From positions 1 through 23,363 of the forward strand of contig JBBIVV010000036.1 of assembly GCA_037439545.1 (NCBI GenBank): DNA of 23,363 nucleotides, read 5' to 3'. The stretch comes from a bacterium. Lineage in GTDB: Bacteria > JAMCPX01. Made by a program: the position numbers and the translations under genes. The notes under the pieces were generated by a model that had not been told where the DNA came from, made no database searches, and saw only the letters and a list, made by a program, of their open reading frames with translations. Of the stretch, positions 17,075 through 23,363 are shown in pieces (position 1 is the stretch's first letter; every line of letters begins with the position of its first letter).

Positions 17075-18139
17075 TCATTGAACTTTTATATCTATCTTTG
17101 TTTTTGCCTTTAGATCATTGATCAGTTTTTCAAAATCTGTTTTTGCCTGTTGCTGTGCGAGCATCTGAGCAAGCTGGGGCTTGACTTCATTGAAGGTCAT
17201 GGACTTGCCCTGTTTTCTGGCAATGAGCTGAATGATATGAAAGCCGTACTGGGTCTGGACAATCGGGCTGATCTGACCGGTTTTCTTAAGGGCAAAAGCT
17301 GCTTTTGAAAATGCCGGGACCATCTGTTCGGCGCTGAAAAATCCGAGGTCCCCCCCTTTCACCGCGCTCCCTTTGTCAATGGATTCTTTCATTGCAAGCT
17401 CTGTAAAAGATTTTCCTGATTTCAATTCTTTCTCAATCTTTTCTGCTTCAGGTTTTGTTTTAACGAGTATATGCCGAGCCTGCACCTCATCCGGAACGTT
17501 GAATTTGGTCTTGTGCTGTTCATAGAATGTCTTTTCATCGGCATCGCTTACTTTTACGTTCTTTTCTACGTTTGAATAGACATCTTTTGCAATAAGCTGT
17601 TCCTTGATCTGCTGTTTGACCTCGTCAACGGTCATGCCGGATTCGTTCAGTATGGAGACGAATTTATCTTTGCCGAATTTTTGTTCTATTCCCGCAAAGG
17701 TAGTGTCCACCTCTTTGGAGTCAACGGCAATGCCCTTATTCTTTGCATAATCCCCGAGCAGTGTCAGGGTGACAATCCCCTGAATGACATTCTGTTTTAT
17801 CTGGCTTATTATCTGGGCGCTGTCCTTGCTGTAGGGATCGAATGGCTTACCCTGACTTGCAAAGAACTGTTTCAGCAGAGCGACCTGAAGGTTGAGCTGT
17901 TTGTTGAGCTGCCCTTTGGAAATGGTTTCATTGCCGATCACAATGGCAGGACCGGAACCGGTTATAAGCGCAAGCGGCTTTGGACCTGTTTTCAGAATAT
18001 TTGTTTTCCAGAGCAGGATTCCCACAGCAATTACTATTATTATCAGCACGCTCGACAAGACAATAAGCGTTGTCCGGTCTTTCGGCTGCTGCGGTTGCCC
18101 CTGGTTATTAGTTTCGTTATTTGTTTCAATGTCTGACAT
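17075..18139 (-). CDS. Membrane-anchored PpiC/parvulin peptidyl-prolyl isomerase (PrsA/SurA-like foldase)
   Basis: N-terminal TM, SurA-N-like helical domain, ARHILVK, FTELAMKESID.GS..KGGDLG and TQYGFHII. Confidence 0.92.
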   Translation of the reverse strand: MSDIETNNETNNQGQPQQPKDRTTLIVLSSVLIIIVIAVGILLWKTNILKTGPKPLALITGSGPAIVIGNETISKGQLNKQLNLQVALLKQFFASQGKPFDPYSKDSAQIISQIKQNVIQGIVTLTLLGDYAKNKGIAVDSKEVDTTFAGIEQKFGKDKFVSILNESGMTVDEVKQQIKEQLIAKDVYSNVEKNVKVSDADEKTFYEQHKTKFNVPDEVQARHILVKTKPEAEKIEKELKSGKSFTELAMKESIDKGSAVKGGDLGFFSAEQMVPAFSKAAFALKKTGQISPIVQTQYGFHIIQLIARKQGKSMTFNEVKPQLAQMLAQQQAKTDFEKLINDLKAKTKIDIKVQ

Positions 18140-18182
18140 GTAGCCTCCTTTAATTTTTATAATAGAACAGTTTCATATAATT

Positions 18183-18298
18183 TAAGTCATGTCAACCCCG
18201 ATAGAAAGTTCCACTGACTCTGTAAATTCTTCAACTAAACACTCTCTATCGTCCTGTATAAACAGGACAACTTGTTTTCTCACAGGGTCAATAATGTA
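18183..18298 (-). pseudogene. Possible relic of a Uma2-family (PD-(D/E)XK) endonuclease C-terminus, in frame after the htpX stop
   Basis: Reading past the htpX TAA gives YGRK*YIIDPVRKQVVLFIQDDRECLVEEFTESVELSIGVDMT*, resembling the Uma2 'GVxEYWIVDP..V.V' motif. Confidence 0.3.
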
Positions 18299-19273
18299 TT
18301 ATTTTCTTCCGTATCCCTGGGCAACAATCGTATGTCCTGCAAATCTAAGTCTTGCTATGCGTTTGTCAATAGGCGGATGTGTTGCAAGCAGGTCTGCCCA
18401 GAAACCTTCCTTATCGCCTACCATTTTTATGAGCGGATCCACGATGAACATGTGGGCTGTCCCGCGGGAGGCATTTTTCATGGGGATGAAATCATTTTTA
18501 ATCTTTTCGAGCGCAGAAGCAAGTGCCAGCGGATTTCTTGTAAACTCCACGGATGCAGCGTCCGCGGAGTATTCACGCTCCCTGGATACAGTCATTGCAA
18601 TGATCTGGCCTACGATGGGGGCAATTACCGCGAGTGCAAAAGCCACGAGCAGAAGGACGAGCGTTCCCCGCATGTCTGTATTCCTGCCGCGCCTCCTGGG
18701 TGCGTAGAAAGCTATACGCCATAGCCAGTCGCTCATGAGGGCTATGGCTCCGAGCAAAACGGCAATAACGGTCATGGTCTCTATGTCCTTACTTTTTATA
18801 TGCCCCATCTCGTGTGCGACGACGGCCTGCAGTTCAGCTCTCTCCATCTTATCCAGCAAGCCCTGAGTGACGGCTATGCTTGAATGCCCGGGATCCCTGC
18901 CTGTTGCAAATGCGTTCGGCTGGTCCGATGGAATAAGGTAAACTAACGGCATAGGATTGCCCGAAGCAATCGACATTTCCCTTACGACATCCATGAGGAG
19001 CTTTGTCTTATCATCTGCGTTCGCAGGATCCACGGGTGCAGCGCTTACGGATGCAAGCACAAGGCTGTCACCATTGTAGTATGAGATCATTGCCCAGACA
19101 GAGGCTATGACGAGAGCCAATGACGTTGCAAAGGGAAATGGGCCAGTTGCCAGGTTAAACCCGAGATAATAGTGATCTATGAAATATCCAAGAAGCAGAA
19201 CGATGAGAAAAAACACGACGATGAGCAGGATCGTGGTCCTCTTATTCTCTCTTTGTTCTTCAAAAAAATCCAT
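18299..19273 (-). CDS. htpX: HtpX-like M48 zinc metalloprotease
   Basis: PNAFATG, AVVAHEMGH (HExxH), SREREYSAD, LASALEK and ATHPP..RI. Confidence 0.93.
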   Translation of the reverse strand: MDFFEEQRENKRTTILLIVVFFLIVLLLGYFIDHYYLGFNLATGPFPFATSLALVIASVWAMISYYNGDSLVLASVSAAPVDPANADDKTKLLMDVVREMSIASGNPMPLVYLIPSDQPNAFATGRDPGHSSIAVTQGLLDKMERAELQAVVAHEMGHIKSKDIETMTVIAVLLGAIALMSDWLWRIAFYAPRRRGRNTDMRGTLVLLLVAFALAVIAPIVGQIIAMTVSREREYSADAASVEFTRNPLALASALEKIKNDFIPMKNASRGTAHMFIVDPLIKMVGDKEGFWADLLATHPPIDKRIARLRFAGHTIVAQGYGRK

Positions 19274-19281
19274 AAGTCATC

Positions 19282-19350
19282 AAACCCCTAAATTCTAAAT
19301 ATTTTAAGTTCGCGAGTGTGTCGTTATTTAGAATTTCGGATTTAGTATTT
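19282..19350. repeat. Inverted heptamer-repeat element (ATTTAGA-type) between lemA and htpX
   Basis: AAATTCTAAATA (19290-19301) / TATTTAGAATTT (19325-19336) inverted pair. Tandem heptamers ATTTAGA ATTTCGG ATTTAGT ATTT at 19326-19350. Confidence 0.65.
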
Positions 19351-19356
19351 TTTCTA

Positions 19357-19917
19357 TTATATCTTCAGGTCCACCTTCGGTGTTGCCCGTGCAGCCTCTT
19401 CGATCTGGAAGTATGTTTTTGTCTTGAAATTGAACATACCCGCTATCATGTTTGACGGAAACTGTCCGACTTTTGTGTTTAAAGTCATGACGCTGTCGTT
19501 GTAATACTGCCGTGCAAAGGCGAGCTGGTTCTCCGTTGTTCGCAGTTCTTCCATCAGGGTCTTGACCTGTTCGTTGGATTTAAGATCAGGATAGTTTTCT
19601 GCGACTGCCATCAACTTTCCAAGCACGCCGGACAACGCTCCCTCGGCAGCGAACTTCTCTGCTCCAGGAGGGGTCGCCATTGCCTTTGATCGGGCGTTGA
19701 TAACCGCCTCGAGGGTTTCTTTTTCGAATTTCATATACCCCTTTACGGCCTCGACAAGGTTGGGTATCAGATCATACCGTCTTTTTAACTGAACATCTAT
19801 CTGCTTATAAGCATTGTCTATGCCTGCATTCATCCTGACGAAGCTGTTGTAAATCGCCACAAGCCAGAAGATCACCGCAATGATCAATAAAAGCACTACC
19901 ACTGCTCCTGTTCCCAT
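19357..19917 (-). CDS. lemA: LemA family protein
   Basis: N-terminal TM, IDVQLKRRYDLIPNLVEAVKGY, ENYPDLKSN, ARQYYN and QFPSNMIA. SD AAGGAGG. Confidence 0.96.
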   Translation of the reverse strand: MGTGAVVVLLLIIAVIFWLVAIYNSFVRMNAGIDNAYKQIDVQLKRRYDLIPNLVEAVKGYMKFEKETLEAVINARSKAMATPPGAEKFAAEGALSGVLGKLMAVAENYPDLKSNEQVKTLMEELRTTENQLAFARQYYNDSVMTLNTKVGQFPSNMIAGMFNFKTKTYFQIEEAARATPKVDLKI

Positions 19918-19959
19918 ATATCCTCCTTTTTATATCGTTACCAATACAGCCGCTTTGCT

Positions 19960-20011
19960 GTCATTCCCGCGAAAGCTTGTCCTCGTCTATGATCAGGGGG
20001 ACGGAAATCCA
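19960..20011. repeat. Degenerate palindromic repeat of the GTCATTCCCGCG...GGGAATCC (dRS3/REP-like) type with an internal nested hairpin
   Basis: GTCATTCCCGCGAAAGC-TTGTCCTCGTCTATGATCAGGGGGA-CGGAAATCCA. Confidence 0.65.
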
Positions 20012-20029
20012 CGACACCGGCGTTCCTTT

Positions 20030-20425
20030 CTACCTCGGCCATTTTTTCAGGTTCTTTTTTAAAATGTTTTCCTCGTCCTCACGTTCTGTCTTGCATTTGA
20101 TGCACTGGGTCGTTACAGGCCTGAACTTCAGCCTTTCCTCGGATATCTCTTCCCCGCATATCTCGCATAAACCGAATGTGCCGTCTTTGATCCTCTTGAA
20201 CGCCTCTTCTATTTTGATCAGTAATTTTCTGTTCCTGTCCCCAAGCCGCAGCAGCACCCGTGAATCCGTTTCCATGGAAGCCCTGTCATTGGGGTCGGAT
20301 AACGCCCTGTTGCTTTCTCCCCCGCTGCCCTGGAAGTGATCGGAAAGCCTGCCCGATTCTTCAAGGATGTCCTGCTTCATCTTCAGGAGCAATTGATTGA
20401 ATTCTTTTAATTTCTCCTTTTCCAT
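20030..20425 (-). CDS. dksA: RNA polymerase-binding protein DksA
   Basis: Coiled-coil tip DPNDRA (DxxDxA) and C4 zinc finger CEIC...ERL..RP.T..CIKC. Confidence 0.93.
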   Translation of the reverse strand: MEKEKLKEFNQLLLKMKQDILEESGRLSDHFQGSGGESNRALSDPNDRASMETDSRVLLRLGDRNRKLLIKIEEAFKRIKDGTFGLCEICGEEISEERLKFRPVTTQCIKCKTEREDEENILKKNLKKWPR

Positions 20426-20432
20426 AACAGCT

Positions 20433-20438
20433 ATTATA
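20433..20438 (-). promoter_or_regulatory. -10 box TATAAT 7 nt before the dksA ATG (predicted leaderless)
   Basis: Minus strand TATAAT-agctgtt-ATG, with no SD. Confidence 0.5.
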
Positions 20439-20470
20439 TGCTATAAATAAAAAATCTTGTAAAGGAAATT

Positions 20471-22981
20471 ATGATAAGAAAAATAATAATTTTTTTAAGT
20501 GTAGTGATGGTTGCCGGCACATCCCTGCATTACGGTTCTCCATTCCTTATCGATAAGCTTGTGATCATTGTTGCGGTTTCCGCACTCGCGCTGTCGATTG
20601 CCGCGGTATGGGCATATGAGGGCATGTTCACGTACCCGAGATCGATCGTTCTGCTGCCCCTGCTCATTTTATTCTTCTACATTGTTATACAGACCATAAT
20701 ATTCAGGTTTGCAAATCAGAGATATGTAATCGAAGCACTATTTGCATGTGCCCTGATCCTGCTTTTTCTTGTGTACCTGTATGCAGGCTTCGGAGAGAAA
20801 GAAGACAGCGTATTCCTTATAAAATCGGTTGTTTATTCAAACAGCCTTTTGATGCTATTTTATCTCATAAGGGGGATCAGCCGCCTTAAAGTGCGGGAGC
20901 ACGTTTTCTCAGGATGGCTTGTCAATCATAATCACCTTGCCATGCTTGCAGGCATGCTCATGCCTTACGCAATCGCCATGAGCGTTTATAAGCATCAGAG
21001 TGTGAGAAACAGGATATTGTGGTTCTGCTCCATGTTTGTCCTGCTGGCAGGGTTCCTGTTTTCCGTATCACGGGGCGGTTATATATCTTTTGTCATGGCG
21101 ATTTCAATTACGCTCCTCTCGTCGGCATGGCTTGGGCTCTACAGCAAAAAAGTGGCATTCACGCTGTTTGGGGCAGGCGTTGCTGCGGGTGTTTTTGTTC
21201 TCAATCTCTATACTTTTACACACAGTGTCTTCAGTAACCTGTTCATACTCAGTGCATCGCAGAGGTTCGGAATATGGATCGGATCCATCAAGATGTTTGT
21301 GCTCCGCCCCGTTTCATTTTTAATAGGCTGGGGCATTGGCACGTATGAGGATGCATTCCACAGGTTCAGGCCGCCGGATATCCTGTACCTTGTCAACCAT
21401 GCACATAATATTTTTATAGAGATTGCGGATGATGCAGGCATTATCGGATTAGGTATAGTCCTGTGGTTCATAACCGTATGGATCAGTGCTTTGATCAAAG
21501 GCTTGAAGCGCACGTCTTCCGACTTGAAGAAGGCCATGCTGTGGGCAGGGTTTACATCAGGACTTTATTTGATTTTTCATAATACGGTTGATTTCGGGAT
21601 CCTCGTTCCATCGAATGCCGTATCTGCCATTATCCTTCTGGCAGGAACGGCATCGATCCTGCAAATAAGCAGTAATGATCTGCCGCTCGATTACTTGAAA
21701 AAGCTTTCCATGAAACAGCGCCTGATCCTGAGTATAGGGGCAGCATTGGTGTTTTCCGGCATTGTCGTTTTGAGTTCAAGGGCTATCTACGGGGAATATA
21801 TGTATGAACAGGGCAAAAAATACCTATCTGCAAATTTACCCACAGGAACTATGGAAACCGGCAAGGACTTGAACACGCCTATTGCTTCCATTGCGCAAGC
21901 CATTCAGCACCTTTCACGGAGTGAGAAGTACATCGATACAGACCTCATTCATTATGAATCGGGCAAGGCATGGTTTTCGATGTTTATCGACTCGGGCACG
22001 ATGGATGCATTGAACAATGCCATAAAACAATTCGAACAGGCAAGCATACTCTGTCCATGGAACCCGTATTATCCGGAGGACATTGGAGGGCTTTACCAGT
22101 ATAAAGGAGACATAAAACATGCAATCTCATACACGCAAAAGGCTTTGTCGCTTGATCCTTCCAATGCCTCTCTCTGCATGAGAATAGGCGATTTGGAGCT
22201 CGAGCAGGGAAATACTGTCAATGCCATTGCCTCTTATAAAAAAGCAGGCAGGATATATCCTCCGTATGTATGGAATGCGGTCCCGATGCTCATAGAAAAC
22301 AATGTCGATGAAACGAGTCTTCAGCAGTTTGCAGGCGATGTGCCTGACGGTGCATGGGTGCTTGCAAATGAACTGATGAAGCATGGAGAAAACGATAAAG
22401 CAGCAGACATACTCAAAACCCTCATGGTATCGGGCAAAGGACAACTGAAAAGATATATACCGCTCTTCATTTCTATCATGCCGGACAGGAAAGACGCTTT
22501 GGCGCAACTTGAATCGCTGAATATAACAGGCACGGACGTGCTCTTTTACACGGCATCATTACAGAGCCAGACCGGCGACAGCGAAACGGCCATAAAAACG
22601 CTGAATCAGGTTATCGATAAGGACGATAGGTACAGGGATGCGTATCAACTTCTTGCGAATATCTATGCCTCAGAAAATAAGACGGAAGATGCAATAATTG
22701 TATTAAAAAAGGCGCTCTACTATATACCTTCCGATTATGTGTTTTATGCGATGCTCGGCACATTCTATAATCAGGACAATGACTGGTACAATGCAATAGA
22801 ATCTTATAAGATGGCGGTCCTGCTTAACCCGGCCTATGAAAACGGCTATGCCCAGATGGCATCCATCTATAGGGCACAGAACATGAATGCACGGGCTGTC
22901 GAGATTATAAAAAAAGGCATGGAAGCTGTGCCCGACAGCGCCTATTTAAAGCAGATGGTAAAACAGTATAATGGCCGGTGA
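20471..22981 (+). CDS. O-antigen ligase / O-oligosaccharyltransferase-like (Wzy_C) membrane protein with C-terminal TPR repeats
   Basis: NHNHLA, SVSRGG, RFGIW, GWGIGTY, HAHNIF.E and FHNTVDF motifs, followed by multiple TPR-like repeats (KALSLDPSN; KMAVLLNPAY). Confidence 0.85.
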   Translation: MIRKIIIFLSVVMVAGTSLHYGSPFLIDKLVIIVAVSALALSIAAVWAYEGMFTYPRSIVLLPLLILFFYIVIQTIIFRFANQRYVIEALFACALILLFLVYLYAGFGEKEDSVFLIKSVVYSNSLLMLFYLIRGISRLKVREHVFSGWLVNHNHLAMLAGMLMPYAIAMSVYKHQSVRNRILWFCSMFVLLAGFLFSVSRGGYISFVMAISITLLSSAWLGLYSKKVAFTLFGAGVAAGVFVLNLYTFTHSVFSNLFILSASQRFGIWIGSIKMFVLRPVSFLIGWGIGTYEDAFHRFRPPDILYLVNHAHNIFIEIADDAGIIGLGIVLWFITVWISALIKGLKRTSSDLKKAMLWAGFTSGLYLIFHNTVDFGILVPSNAVSAIILLAGTASILQISSNDLPLDYLKKLSMKQRLILSIGAALVFSGIVVLSSRAIYGEYMYEQGKKYLSANLPTGTMETGKDLNTPIASIAQAIQHLSRSEKYIDTDLIHYESGKAWFSMFIDSGTMDALNNAIKQFEQASILCPWNPYYPEDIGGLYQYKGDIKHAISYTQKALSLDPSNASLCMRIGDLELEQGNTVNAIASYKKAGRIYPPYVWNAVPMLIENNVDETSLQQFAGDVPDGAWVLANELMKHGENDKAADILKTLMVSGKGQLKRYIPLFISIMPDRKDALAQLESLNITGTDVLFYTASLQSQTGDSETAIKTLNQVIDKDDRYRDAYQLLANIYASENKTEDAIIVLKKALYYIPSDYVFYAMLGTFYNQDNDWYNAIESYKMAVLLNPAYENGYAQMASIYRAQNMNARAVEIIKKGMEAVPDSAYLKQMVKQYNGR

Positions 22982-22997
22982 ATGGCGTACTTTATTT

Positions 22998-23097
22998 TGT
23001 TTGTTTTACAACAATTTGTGTTTCTATTTGAACACTGATAAATAAATTCACTATATATAAGATAGTTACATCTACAAAAATCGGCATATTTCCTGCA
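22998..23097 (+). promoter_or_regulatory. sigma54 (-24/-12) promoter with tandem UAS-like and IHF-like sites upstream of the pilin
   Basis: CGGCATATTTCCTGCA with GG 23083-84, N10, GC 23095-96. IHF-like TATAAGATAGTTA at 23056-23068. TGT-N10-ACA at 22998-23013 and 23019-23034. Confidence 0.65.
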
Positions 23098-23169
23098 TTT
23101 ATATTATATTGAAATGGAAAATTTTTATAAAAATAATGAAACCTATTTAATAAAAGATTGCTCTATGCC

Positions 23170-23252
23170 GTCATTGCGAGGAGTGAAATGACGAAGCAAT
23201 CTGCCGGCATTGAAATAGATTGCCACGCTCCTTATCAGTCGCTCGCAATGAC
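23170..23252. repeat. Palindromic MITE/RPE-like element GTCATTGCGAG...CTCGCAATGAC
   Basis: 11-bp terminal inverted repeats (23170-23180 / 23242-23252) and an inner pair GCAATCT (23196-23202) / AGATTGC (23217-23223). Confidence 0.85.
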
Positions 23253-23256
23253 AAAT

Positions 23257-23363
23257 ATGGAAAAAAGAACCGAGAAGGAATTAAATAGGTCTCTAGCAGC
23301 CTTTACCCTCATCGAGCTCATGGTCGTTGTCGTCATCATCGGCATCCTCGCGGCAATAGCGAT
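23257..23363 (+). CDS. Type IV pilin/prepilin, N-terminal part (3' truncated; in-frame upstream ATGs at 23188 and 23248)
   Basis: MEKRTEKELNRSLAA|FTLIELMVVVVIIGILAAIA is a class III signal with Phe+1, Glu+5 and a hydrophobic helix. Not in the ORF track. Confidence 0.9.
   Translation, partial: MEKRTEKELNRSLAAFTLIELMVVVVIIGILAAIA

Noticed and set aside
18251..18268. Hairpin GTCCTGT-ATAA-ACAGGAC downstream of htpX
   Set aside because: A 7-bp stem without a U-tract on the transcribed strand, so it is not supportable as a terminator.
1..23363. CRISPR arrays, tRNA/rRNA genes, transposases, integrases
   Set aside because: None seen. Intergenic regions are short and lack regularly spaced repeats or RNA-gene signatures, judged by eye only.

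Overview
Bacterial chromosomal window with roughly 45% GC (estimated by eye). A split Fo-only atp cluster, an extended c subunit and a sigma54-type pilin promoter suggest a deltaproteobacterial-type lineage (inference). Left to right: the 3' end of an iron/B12-type ABC ATPase; a minus-strand run of endoglycoceramidase-like GH5 lipoprotein, SDR, acyl-ACP thioesterase, DUF1858/DUF2249 protein, SufT/DUF59 and a heme-copper-oxidase/NnrS-like membrane protein; a two-subunit 3-oxoacid CoA-transferase; a MacAB-like ABC exporter; secA; atpE-atpB-atpI-atpZ; an orphan membrane protein; a UvrD/PcrA helicase; a PpiC foldase; htpX; lemA; dksA; an O-antigen-ligase/TPR protein; and the 5' end of a type IV pilin. 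The best candidate for an undescribed system is the three-gene module at 3324-5704. Its apparently leaderless promoter has a CRP/FNR-type palindrome centred at -41.5 and a perfect 11-11-11 inverted repeat around the -10 box. Other highlights are a possible glycolipid-processing trio, a palindromic repeat in frame with the pilin leader that supplies an RBS and start codon, a possible Uma2 nuclease relic after htpX, and a partial Na+-binding signature in AtpE. All family calls come from motif recognition by eye; no database searches were run.
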